This document shows, in pieces, positions 36,107 through 46,393 of a stretch of DNA of 64,000 nt (its first letter is position 1; every line of letters begins with the position of its first letter). The stretch is from Williopsis jadinii (lineage: Eukaryota), in assembly GCA_024346625.1 (NCBI GenBank), contig AP024665.1, positions 1,178,001-1,242,000 of the forward strand, written 5' to 3'. The notes below the pieces were generated by a model. It did no database searches. It was not told where the DNA came from and worked only from the letters and a program-made list of their open reading frames with translations. The position numbers were made by a program, and so were the translations under genes.

Positions 36107-38011
36107 TCAGCTGAAATCTCTTGCTGCATCACAGAGCCTAACTTGCTGGAGCCAAGAGCTTTTCATCACTTGTTCAATGGTTAATCTCGTTGAAGGATTT
36201 GGATCCAACATCCCATAAACGGTGGCCTTCCTGGATTTGTAATAAGCACCACTTTTCATGCTTTCAATTGGTACAAACGTTCCAGGCTTCCCTTGTTGAG
36301 GTCTGGTTTCGATGTAGTCCTCGTACAGAGGTTCACTCAACTTGGCAACAGGCCAGAGATAAGTTCCAGTTGCCATTGTTAGGTACAATACACCAAGGGC
36401 CCAAACATCGGCCGCACGGGGATCGTACTCGTTACAGATAAACTCCTCCGGTGCGACATAGGGTTCACTACCACATGCTCCTTGACTGAAATGACATTCC
36501 TTTTCCCATGCGGTTCTGAACACTGCACTTGTTCCAAAGTCGGAGATCTTTGCAACACCTTGCGTGGTTAACAATATGTTTTCCGGCTTGATATCACAGT
36601 GAGCAACACCACGGGCATGCATATAGTCAAGCCCATTTGTAACCTGTTTCATGAAACAATCTGCTTCAAGCGAAAGCAGACCTTCCCTGTTAGTCTTGGA
36701 AATCAGGTTATAGAGGTCTCCTCCAGCACAGTACTCCATGATTTCAGAGTAGATACCAGACGAGTTCTTCATCAAATCAAATGTACGGACAATGTTCAAA
36801 TGCTGAAGAGAGTTCGAGATGACAAACTCCGACGTCAATCTCGTCGCAAAGTGTTGAACATCTTCGTTATCCCTCTTTCGAAGTTCCTTAACGGCGTAGA
36901 ACATTTCCCTCTTTGAGGCCGTGTCAACCTTGGAAACCAGCTTGACGATACCGTAAGTACCTTTACCGATGATACCCTGGGGCTTCCCGTACTTTTCCGT
37001 CAATTTATAGCTCTTTGTAGCGTTTGTAGAGCTGGCATCAACGTCATCAGTTTTAATCTTCTCCACTAGCTTGTTGATCAAGTTCAGCTGATCGTCTCCA
37101 ATGGCAGCCTGCTCTTTGAACTCATCATCTTCATAGTCGTCGTCCTCTGTCTCTTCAGAATCGTCCTCTTCCCCGTCACCAAACGAGGACGATCTATCCT
37201 CGTCTTCTTCATCAAACGTTTTCCGACTCTGAATGCTTAACCGGCGCTGGAAGTCCATTCTGTTCTGTTCTGGCAACACACTGAACGCGGTATCATCACC
37301 ATTCGCAGTGCTTCTTCTCAGAAATCCAGAGAGGATGCCGCTTCCCTGCGGTATCTTTTCCAAGATCTTGATGGGCTTGAGAACGTGCTCGTGCGAACCG
37401 TCTTCGTAGATCTTCGTTGTACCGTCGTCGGAGATTTGAACAATGCTGCTCTGTCTGCTGCTGCTTCTAACGCTTGCTCTTCTGGAGAGCGTCTGATCTT
37501 GAGAACCCTTTCTTGAGGTCACAGACGTAGCGCTCAGTGTAGATTTCACAGGAGTGAAGGCTGGTTCCGGAACCGCCAATGGGATCATGTTGGGGACCCT
37601 TACCGCTGTGAATCCCAAATCATCAACAACGGTGGAATCAGACTTCGGGTCTAAGCCTGGTGTAACGTTTGGGTTTTTCGACACCCGTGCAGTTGGTGAG
37701 ATGGACCTGTCTCTGCTGACAGGGGAGCGTGACGTGGCACTAACTGGCGATGTGGCACGCGCTGTTGATCTTTGGCGTGCCACTTTCAACCCGCCTGGGT
37801 CTGCTCTTTGCTGCTGCTGTTGCTGCTGCTGCTGCTCTTCAACCTTGTGGATGTTATCCTTGTTCTCTTCCGTCTTTGGCGCCTTCACAAACAGGTTCTT
37901 CAACGACAGCGACAGTGAATGCGTTTTCCTCGTCACGTTCTGCTGAGATGGCGAGCCATTTCTCACGTCAGCCCCCGGATTCCCTGCGCTTACGCTATTG
38001 GCCCTGCGCAT
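36107..38011 (-). CDS. HAL5: Npr/Hal-family Ser/Thr kinase (Hal5/Kkq8-like)
   Basis: IGKGTYG, RLTSEFVISNSL, HCDIKPEN, DFGTSAVFRTAWE and GSEPYVAPEEF; located next to TPK and MRP49. Confidence 0.8.
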   Translation of the reverse strand: MRRANSVSAGNPGADVRNGSPSQQNVTRKTHSLSLSLKNLFVKAPKTEENKDNIHKVEEQQQQQQQQQRADPGGLKVARQRSTARATSPVSATSRSPVSRDRSISPTARVSKNPNVTPGLDPKSDSTVVDDLGFTAVRVPNMIPLAVPEPAFTPVKSTLSATSVTSRKGSQDQTLSRRASVRSSSRQSSIVQISDDGTTKIYEDGSHEHVLKPIKILEKIPQGSGILSGFLRRSTANGDDTAFSVLPEQNRMDFQRRLSIQSRKTFDEEDEDRSSSFGDGEEDDSEETEDDDYEDDEFKEQAAIGDDQLNLINKLVEKIKTDDVDASSTNATKSYKLTEKYGKPQGIIGKGTYGIVKLVSKVDTASKREMFYAVKELRKRDNEDVQHFATRLTSEFVISNSLQHLNIVRTFDLMKNSSGIYSEIMEYCAGGDLYNLISKTNREGLLSLEADCFMKQVTNGLDYMHARGVAHCDIKPENILLTTQGVAKISDFGTSAVFRTAWEKECHFSQGACGSEPYVAPEEFICNEYDPRAADVWALGVLYLTMATGTYLWPVAKLSEPLYEDYIETRPQQGKPGTFVPIESMKSGAYYKSRKATVYGMLDPNPSTRLTIEQVMKSSWLQQVRLCDAARDFS

Positions 38012-38609
38012 TTCTCTCCCTTTCTATGTCTGCTCTCTGGACCCGTGATCCCCTCTATTTTCTCCCTCCCGGCTGGCGACTGAAAGATACAATTACAGAT
38101 AGAAGCACCGAGACTGCTAAGATCAAGCGATTAGCCACCAAAAATAGTCAATTGGACGATGCTTTTGTTGATAGCCAACACAGTTGCACAGGAAACCAGA
38201 AGAAGGAGACGCTCTTTCGATCAACTTTTGCAGAACTTGCCTCAGCAAAGGCGGATTTTCCTCTTTGCGAGAGCTCTCTGCTGGGCCCCAATTTTTTTTT
38301 CTATGACGTCTTCACCTCCGCGCAACGGGGTTTTTCTTCTGTGCGATGTCCTGAGGCGAGGGGGGGGGGTGGCGGATTCTGCGTAAATTGGGAATGTTTG
38401 GATGTTTTGGGAAATACGGGGAGGAGGTCACGTGTGAGAGGGCCTCGGATATGGGGTTTTCTACAGCGCTGAGGGAAACTCAAAATTTGATTTTTGACGT
38501 TGGTTTTCACATCGAATGAGCTTTGTTGGATAGTGACGACGACACATTTATACCGTCAACCTGTGTGTTTGTGTGTGCTTGTGTGCTTATCTGTGTGTAT
38601 TTCGAAACG

Positions 38610-39188
38610 ATGTTCCAGGCATTACCAAAATCAAGATTCTCAAGACACGTTGAACGTTTGAACCTGTTGTCCAGCGGTGCTGGTTCACTACTCGTTCCTA
38701 AAGAGGTGAAGTCCGTGGAGCTTGTATTCAAGAACAGATCCATTGGAGGCCATCTGGGCGCAAAGTGAGTTATCGCTCTGATACACCAATCCCCAGGCAT
38801 CTCTGAGCAGACGACTGGGTGGGTACAAGGACGGGAACACAGTTGTACTGACATGCAAACTAGGAAATTCTGGAGAGAAAACTTGCCGAGGGTGCAGTTC
38901 TTCAACCCATCGCTCCCAATAACGGTCATCAGAGTCGAGCCTGAAGCCGGAGAGGCTAAGCAGGTACCAGCGGTGCTCAAAGTCGAATTCAGTACGTATA
39001 CACGCTCTCACTGTATGACCCTCCACGTCTACAGAGGTCTTGTTCTTATACTAACGCTCACCACAGAGGACGGCGAGGTCAAGAAAGTTGACGTCAAGCA
39101 CAAACACTCATCAGAGATCCTCAAACTGTTTGTGAAGATGACCGGCTCTACTCCAGCAGAGGAGATTGTCCACACTCCACAGCTATAG
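38610..39188 (+). CDS. MRP49: Mitochondrial ribosomal protein mL61/Mrp49, 3 exons (38610-38764, 38864-38991, 39067-39188)
   Basis: Introns 38765-38863 (GTGAGT..TACTGAC..TAG) and 38992-39066 (GTACGT..TACTAAC..CAG) give GHLGAK-KFWRENLPRVQFFNP...VEF-KDGEVKKVDVKHKHSSEIL. Confidence 0.88.
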
Positions 39189-39665
39189 ATTCCCACGCCG
39201 GGCTCCTTGGAAGCTCATCGGTCGGAACTTGTACATATAAAAACATGCAATCTGGAGATTCGTACATAGCAGAAGAAACAGTCGTCGTTGTACATCAAGA
39301 GAAAACGGGGATCATTCCCATTGCTCAACAGCCAGTAGCCATTGTAAAGTAGCAAGTGGACACTGTGCCCAAGGCGAGTGCGACAGAGACAGGGCAAAAC
39401 ACCCAGACACCCAGACACACAAGCACCCAGACACCAAAACACCCGCACACCACTAGCGTCTCCATCCATCCGACAGCCGGCCCTAAACAACCTCACACAC
39501 TAAGCACGCTTAACTACGCTGGATCATCAGTGTCAGTCAGAAAGGCCCCAAGCTGCGAACCTGGGTTTGCTCTGCCATTGGCCACCTTGCAGTTTAAAAG
39601 GGACCCACACTGCCCGTTTCCACCACCCGTAGCACACCGTCCTCAAAGAGCCAAGCTGGAAAACC

Positions 39666-41600
39666 ATGCCGTCGTTCACCAGCGATCTGCTCCATGGGTC
39701 TTTGGACGTGAGTCACCGTCTTATCGTCGCGGTCTCGTGGGCTTAGCCGTCGAGCCTGGGGAAACCACTGCCATCAACAGATTACTAACAGCCAGGCCAC
39801 CGTGCGCAACAGGGGATAAAGCTATCGAAGCACCACATCGTACACAACTACCTGAAGGTGCCCGCAGGCATCGTCGTTGTGCTGGCGATCCTCTACGGCG
39901 TTAACGAGATCATCATCCTCACCACCATCAACTTCCCGGCCTCGGTCACGTGCATGCTGGTGCTATACCTGGCGCTCATAGCGTCGACGATGACGCTGGG
40001 CAAGAGCAGGACCAACAGCATCATTGGCCTTGTGAAGATCCCGGGGGACTTCTGTCTCAAGTGGATCAACATATTCTTCACGCCGGCGTTCGTGACGCTG
40101 CCGCTGAGCGACTGGATCAGCGCTAAGGAAGCGCTGACGATAGCTGCCGTGTTCGTCATCGGCTATATAGTGCAGACCGTGGTGGTGGCATACTTCACCA
40201 TAGCGCTCCAGAAGGTGCTGGGCCAGCAGCGCAAGTCCGACGTGACGCGGGCGGAAGAGCTAGGGGACTTGAACAGGAACACCGCCCTGAACGGTGACAG
40301 TACCGCCGTGGGCTCGTCTGGCCTGGCTGGTGCCGATGACGACGAGTCGTATGAGTCGAGAAGAGGCTCGCTTGCAACGTTGCAACTCCAGCGGATGAAG
40401 ACGTTCGAAGCTGTGCCCCATGAGATTGTTGATGAGATCGCACGAGGCGATGAGGACTCCATCGAGATGAGATACAGGGATGAGCACGAGGCGGCATCAA
40501 ACGACATCGCTTCTGCGAGAGCCAGCGATGAGATAGTCCAGATCCACCTGACGACGAATGCGAAGAACCAGACGATAAGCGTTCCTGGGCGTGCCGCTAA
40601 GCCTAAGGGACACCTACACAACTCATACGATCCATTTACAAGGCTTCAGGGGACTTGGAACCGGTTGTTCTGTGAGAGAGCCCTGTTGAAGCAGAGCACA
40701 CTGACTCCGCTGCTGTCCAGAAGAGAGCGGATTGCACAGTTTGTCCACAAGAGGTTTGATCTTGTGGTGTACTTTGGTGTGTTGATCACGTCGCTGCCCA
40801 TCTACTATGCTGTTGGCTATGAGATGCCGCTACAGCTGATGATTGCGGTGTTCACCTTCTTGTTCGTGCTGAAGGTGCCGCCTCCTAAGTACAGGAAGTT
40901 CCTACACCCTGTGCTGTGCTCCGTGGGATTGTCGTGGCTGTTCTTCTTCATCTTTGCCATTATCAAGGGCCAGAACTTCTTGGATTCCTTGAGGGAGTAC
41001 AAGACAGGCGTGACATACCTGAGGCTGTTCAACCATCGAAACTCCACGTCACCACCAGGAGCCGGTGACGTCTTTGCAACGTTGATGGATGTTTCCATCG
41101 TGTCGCTCTCCATGCCGATGTACACCTATAGAATGGACCTGAAGCGTCATTTCCTTGCGCTGTTACCACCAATTCTGTTGATGACGTTTGGATGCTTCTT
41201 CGTATATCCTCCAATGTGCTATCATTTGGGAATATCTTCGCAGAGATCCATCGGTTTCGCAGGCAGATCCGTCACCTTGGCCTTAGGTACGCCATTTGTG
41301 CAAGCTTTGGATGGTTCCATTCCACTGATGGCTGTCACAACGGTGATTTCTGGAATCATCGGTGCCCTGACGTGCCAATGGTTCTTCAAATTCCTCCGCA
41401 TCAGGGACGACGACTACGTCACAAGAGGCATTACTCTTGGTGTTAATTGCGGTGCCATTGCCACTGCGCATTTGTTGACCATCGATCCGAGAGCTGCTGC
41501 AATGAGCTCTCTTTCTTTCGTGCTCTTCGGTACCTTTATGGTGATACTGGCATCCATAAACCCATTGGCTCACCTCATCAAAGGCTGGGTCGGCTTATGA
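39666..41600 (+). CDS. Fused LrgA/LrgB (CidAB/PLGG1-like) membrane transporter, 2 exons (39666-39707, 39813-41600)
   Basis: LrgA-like N-part (FPASVTCML; KWINIFFTPAFV) and LrgB-like C-part (RSVTLALG; RGITLGVNCGAIATA). The intron GTGAGT(39708)..TACTAAC(39783)..CAG(39812) supplies the ATG missing from the track ORF. Confidence 0.82.
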
Positions 41601-41682
41601 GCTTCACTCACTTCTTATCTACTGTTGAATCTATGTGATGATATATCTTTTATTGAAGAAAGCATAGCTTAGCAGATATCGC

Positions 41683-41900
41683 CTGTTATCCATTGTTAGT
41701 ACTACTCATCACTGTAGACGTTGCCCGTGACAGCCAAATTGAGCTTGTTTTAACTTTTCAATCAGAGGTGCTATAAGTTCTACTAAAACTGAGCATGAGA
41801 CTTTTCTCTAACATTCGAATTCGATTCAGTTGTCCCTATCTGGTTACTCATCATCAAGCACAAACAAGCCAATTGGCATCCTACGACGATAATCACTTAC
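41683..41900 (-). other. Spliceosomal intron of an apparently non-coding snoRNA host transcript
   Basis: GTAAGT donor at 41900-41895, TACTAAC at 41701-41695 and CAG at 41685-41683. TATAAAA (41976-41970) and an RRPE-like TGAAAATTTT (41944-41953) lie upstream, and there is no ATG between the TATA and the donor. Confidence 0.75.
41758..41858 (-). ncRNA. SNR64: Box C/D snoRNA, snR64 homologue (guide for 25S rRNA Cm2337, S. cerevisiae numbering)
   Basis: Box C ATGATGA (41854-41848), guide AGATAGGGACA followed by A-CTGA (D' box), and terminal D box CTGA (41765-41762). The guide is complementary to the conserved LSU rRNA segment UGUCCCUAUCU, and the sequence resembles S. cerevisiae snR64 as recalled. 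Confidence 0.85.
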
Positions 41901-42160
41901 TTTGCCTGTTTCTTTGGCTGTTGAAGATGTTGTGAAGAATAGCTGAAAATTTTTTAGATCTTTCTGTTCTTTTATAACCTCGGCGTAGAAGATAACAGGG
42001 CTCATAACGCCAAATAGGCGTCATCAACACTTTCTTCAATGAACTACTTTATAGGGCAAAAAGGTGCTACAATTGTGAATATAACGTGCTTTTTATAAGA
42101 AGAAGAGGTTATTCATCAACATGTGATTCTTTTTTAGGAATTGGGAGGAGCTGTTGTTGT

Positions 42161-43339
42161 TCAATTCTCACTCTTAATACGAGCCTCTCTTTCTAGCCTC
42201 TCTTCAATTTCCCTCAGTTCCCGTTCTCTCTCCATCAGTTCCTTCTTCTTCTGTAGCAAATCCTTTTGAACACGTTCTTCGAACGCCTTCAATCTTTCTT
42301 CTTCTAGTCTAATTTGTTCTTCACGGGCCAGATATGTATCGTTGTTCAGTGATGGAGACTGCAAAGACGCGTCTGGGTCCTGCTTGACCAGTGGCGACTT
42401 GATTGAAGGCTCAGCGTTGAACTGGCTCGTGAGATGATCTGGCAGTGAGCCACCAGAGCCGCTCAGGGCCTCGGTTCTGTATTTTTCGTACAATATTTCA
42501 TGCGTATAATCCTTGAGGTCTTGGAGATGAGAGATGAGTAGCAGATTCCTCAATATCACGAAATCTGACAGTTCGTGGTCTTCAATGTTGATGAAACCCC
42601 ATGGGTATTTTCTTCCTCTAATCAGCTCACCTTCAACTTCAAACACTTGGTTTGAGCCAATCACAGAGAACGGGATCAGAGATCTCAAATACGAGTTCGT
42701 GTCGACTGTTTCGTTATCATCGGTTTCCAAGTCGTATGGGAAGTAGTAGTATTCGATCCCATAGTGTTTCAAGTCCTCAAGGATCAGTTTCTTGTTCAAT
42801 GCCAACTCCTCACGTGTCAGAGCGTCGGCTTTACTGATCACAGGTATGATGTTGACCAGGCCGGTCAACCTCTTCAGCATCTCCACGTCAATCTCCTTCA
42901 ATCCATGGCCCGTCGCGTTTATAAAGTAGATCACCGCGTGGACCCTAGAGTCCTTGAAACGAGGGTTTCTTCTCACCCGCGACTCCTCCAGCAGAACCTC
43001 ATCGTACTGGTGTTTCAAGTAGTCAGTGACAATGTTGAAATTGGACGAGTTGTCTAGCGAATCGCCAAACCCTGGCGTGTCGATGATGCTGAGCGAGATC
43101 TTGACACCCTCATTGTCCTCCAACTCAACGTTCTCCTCCCTGAGCCGGAAGTCTCTCTCCACAGAGTCATCCGTCGCCAACGGAATCGTGCTCGAGGGCT
43201 CAACAACCTGCTGGCCACACAACGAGTTGATAAACGTAGATCTACCACTACCTGATTGGCCCACAACCATGAGCGTGAACTGAATACCCTTCTTCAGGGT
43301 CTTTCTCTTTCTGAGCGCTGCTGATGTCACCGATGCCAT
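42161..43339 (-). CDS. CDC11: Septin Cdc11
   Basis: RKRKTLKKGIQFTLMVVGQSGSGRSTFINSL, IIDTPGFGD, PVISKAD and RGRKYPWG, with a C-terminal coiled coil; ATG at 43339. Confidence 0.9.
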   Translation of the reverse strand: MASVTSAALRKRKTLKKGIQFTLMVVGQSGSGRSTFINSLCGQQVVEPSSTIPLATDDSVERDFRLREENVELEDNEGVKISLSIIDTPGFGDSLDNSSNFNIVTDYLKHQYDEVLLEESRVRRNPRFKDSRVHAVIYFINATGHGLKEIDVEMLKRLTGLVNIIPVISKADALTREELALNKKLILEDLKHYGIEYYYFPYDLETDDNETVDTNSYLRSLIPFSVIGSNQVFEVEGELIRGRKYPWGFINIEDHELSDFVILRNLLLISHLQDLKDYTHEILYEKYRTEALSGSGGSLPDHLTSQFNAEPSIKSPLVKQDPDASLQSPSLNNDTYLAREEQIRLEEERLKAFEERVQKDLLQKKKELMERERELREIEERLEREARIKSEN

Positions 43340-43603
43340 TCTTGCCAATGTCTCTGCTGCTATGGCCTTTCCAAACTATCACTCGGTGTGCCAGAACAAA
43401 GCGGAAAGCTCACTGTTGAAGCCACCTATAGCAGGAATGTTGAGATGAAACAAAACAAAACAAAGCACAGCACAGCACAGCACCAAAAACGGGCACCCGG
43501 ACACCAAAGGAAAACCACGCTTTCCCAAAAGGGTAGTCGGTAGGGTAACCTAACGCGTCTCTGAAGATTACGTAATCCGAGTTTTGGTGTCCGGGTGTGG
43601 AAT

Positions 43604-43610
43604 CACGTGG
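43604..43610 (+). promoter_or_regulatory. CACGTG(G) Pho4/Cbf1-type E-box upstream of the phosphate transporter
   Basis: Single motif about 225 bp upstream of the ATG. Confidence 0.4.
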
Positions 43611-43830
43611 CGATTACATAAGCACAAGGAGAAGTTCTCCCACCGCTGCGGTGCTGAGCCAGCAGGGAAACACATCACAGCACTACAACCACAGCCGGCG
43701 AGGCGTAATCACAGGGGAAACCGCAGTGGAAACGATCGAGAGAGCGACCAACACACAGTGAGAGACACCGTGGGAGACACAGTGAGAGCGAATATACACA
43801 CAGCAGGAAGATTTCAGCGGCGATACAAAG

Positions 43831-46296
43831 ATGAAGTTCTCCCATTCGCTACAGTTCAACGCTGTTCCTGAGTGGTCATCAAGATACCTGGCGTATTCAA
43901 ACCTGAAGAAGCTGATCTACAACCTGGAGAGGGAGTTGCTGCAGAGAGGAACCACCTCGGCACTGGATAATGAAGCGTCATACCTCATTTCCCAAGACCG
44001 TGGTGCTCAAGATAGAGACGCTGTCCGCACCTTTGTTGCTGCTTTGGATGCCGAGTTGAAGAAGATTGACAAGTTCTACAAAGAGAAGGAGCTGTCTGCT
44101 TACCAGGACTACGAGCTGCTTCTGACCGATGTCGAGGACTTTGAGAAGAACCTGAGACCTGTGGAGTCGACAGACACCCAATTCCACTCGATAAAGAGGG
44201 CACGATCCATTCCGAACGTGTTGCCTCCTGTACACGATAGCGATGACGATGATGATGAGCTTGCTGACGGTGCTGGAGACGACGGTGAAGGCGTGACGAG
44301 CTTTAGAGGTCGACAGGGCTCCTTGGAGCTGGACCAGAGACTTAGAAGAAACGAGGGGCTCGTACGTTCACGGACACCCGAGTTTTGGGACAGCGAATAC
44401 GATAACATGCCTACTAGAGACCCGTTCAACGTCCTGGCTGATATCAGAATCACTCTGAAGAGAAGATCCATAGCTTTGTTCACGCTCTTGTCAGAGTTGA
44501 GATCGTACATCGAGCTCAACAAGACCGGGTTTACAAAGATATTGAAGAAGTTTGACAAGACTGTCAACACCAAGTTGAAAGATGAGTACTTGGAGAAACT
44601 GGTGAAGGAGTCATATGCCTTCAGTGCCTCCACTGAGAAGTTGCTGACAGAGAGATTAGAATCAGTGATTGAAATCTATGCATCGTTATCAACGAACGGG
44701 TCTATAGAGATGGCCAAATCCGAGCTAAGATTGCATCTCAGAGAACATGTCGTCTGGGAACGTAACACTGTCTGGAAAGATATGATTGGATTGGAAAGAA
44801 GGGCCCAGACTGCAACCTTGGCGAAGAAGAAAGGTTCTGGTCCTGGATCAAAGGAAATATTGGTTGGTGAAGAAGACGAACAAGCCGAGGACAACGTTTT
44901 AAAGACCAATACTTTAACACTGGTCGCAATCTTTATCATAACTGTGGTGCTGTTAATCGTCTCACCTTTTGAACAGATTGAGCAGAAGAATTGCTTTGCC
45001 CTTCTGGTTTGCTCTTCGCTGTTATGGGCCACTGAGGCAATCCCATTGTTTGCAACATCGTTATTGGTTCCACTATTGATTGTCGTTCTTGGAGTCTTGA
45101 AAGATGACTCTGGGGATAGAATGGACCCTGTTAACTCGTCAAAGTTCATCCTGTCGGCAATGTGGTCTTCTGTTATCATGCTCTTACTCGGTGGATTCAC
45201 ACTGGCCGCAGCACTCTCTAAGTACAACATTGCCAAAATGGTATCCACTTGGATTCTTTCAAAAGCTGGTACCAACCCGAAAGTTATCCTTTTCACAATC
45301 ATGACCGTGGCACTTGTGGTGTCGATGTGGGTTTCAAACGTGGCAGCACCAGTGCTATGCTATTCCATCGTTCAATCTCTCTTGAGAACTTTACCACGTG
45401 GATCATACTTCGGTAAACAACTGGTCCTGGGTATTGCATTGGCTTCAAACATCGGTGGTATGGCATCTCCAATTGCGTCTCCTCAAAATATCATCTCCAT
45501 TGGGATGATGGACCCACAACCTTCCTGGGGCCAATGGTTTGTTATTGCAATCCCAGTTTCATTAATTTCTTTGGTTATCATCTGGGCCTTTCTCATTGTC
45601 ACCTTTAGATCATCAGAAAAAATTGCCATTGCAGGCATTAGAACTGTTGACGATAAGTTCAACAGAACGCAATGGTACATTACCTTTGTGACGGTGCTGA
45701 CCATAGTTCTATGGTGCTTGGCTCACCAACTTGAGGGGGTGTTTGGTGAAATGGGTATCATTTCAATCATTCCAATGATTTTGTTCTTTGGTACTGGCAT
45801 TCTTACAGCTGAAGACTTCAACAACTTCCTATGGACCATTGTTGTGCTAGCCATGGGTGGTATTGCCCTGGGTAAAGCAGTCTCAACGTCCGGGTTGCTT
45901 GAAACAATTGCCATAGCTATCCAGAGAAACGTCCAAGGGTTCTCACTGTTCTCCATTCTATTGGTGTTCGGTGCGTTAATTCTTGTCGTTGCAACGTTTG
46001 TCTCTCACACCGTGGCTGCGTTAATCATTGTTCCTTTGATTGCGGAGATTGGATCCAAGTTGGACGATCCACATCCAAATTTGTTGATTATGGGTGCAGC
46101 TTTCCTCTGTTCAGCAGCCATGGGTTTGCCAACCTCAGGGTTCCCTAACGTTACAGCAATTTCATTGGTGGATGATTTCGGTGAAAGATATCTCACTGTG
46201 GGAAACTTCATTTCCAGAGGTGTTCCTAGTTCCATATTTGCCTACCTTGTTGTGGTTACAGTGGGATTCGTTCTAATGAGATTAACAGGGATGTGA
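43831..46296 (+). CDS. PHO91: SPX-domain low-affinity phosphate transporter (SLC13/DASS), Pho91-like
   Basis: SPX start MKFSHSLQFNAVPEW, LNKTGFTKILKKFDK, LREHVVWERNTVWKDM and GLPTSGFPN; adjacent to PRP2. Confidence 0.9.
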   Translation: MKFSHSLQFNAVPEWSSRYLAYSNLKKLIYNLERELLQRGTTSALDNEASYLISQDRGAQDRDAVRTFVAALDAELKKIDKFYKEKELSAYQDYELLLTDVEDFEKNLRPVESTDTQFHSIKRARSIPNVLPPVHDSDDDDDELADGAGDDGEGVTSFRGRQGSLELDQRLRRNEGLVRSRTPEFWDSEYDNMPTRDPFNVLADIRITLKRRSIALFTLLSELRSYIELNKTGFTKILKKFDKTVNTKLKDEYLEKLVKESYAFSASTEKLLTERLESVIEIYASLSTNGSIEMAKSELRLHLREHVVWERNTVWKDMIGLERRAQTATLAKKKGSGPGSKEILVGEEDEQAEDNVLKTNTLTLVAIFIITVVLLIVSPFEQIEQKNCFALLVCSSLLWATEAIPLFATSLLVPLLIVVLGVLKDDSGDRMDPVNSSKFILSAMWSSVIMLLLGGFTLAAALSKYNIAKMVSTWILSKAGTNPKVILFTIMTVALVVSMWVSNVAAPVLCYSIVQSLLRTLPRGSYFGKQLVLGIALASNIGGMASPIASPQNIISIGMMDPQPSWGQWFVIAIPVSLISLVIIWAFLIVTFRSSEKIAIAGIRTVDDKFNRTQWYITFVTVLTIVLWCLAHQLEGVFGEMGIISIIPMILFFGTGILTAEDFNNFLWTIVVLAMGGIALGKAVSTSGLLETIAIAIQRNVQGFSLFSILLVFGALILVVATFVSHTVAALIIVPLIAEIGSKLDDPHPNLLIMGAAFLCSAAMGLPTSGFPNVTAISLVDDFGERYLTVGNFISRGVPSSIFAYLVVVTVGFVLMRLTGM

Positions 46297-46393
46297 AAGA
46301 ACTCTTCTTCTCATGCGAATCGTTAAATTCTGTTGCCAGTTAGTAAACAAAGTAATAGTTATAATACATGTGTGCATTTCATGTTTCAAATAC

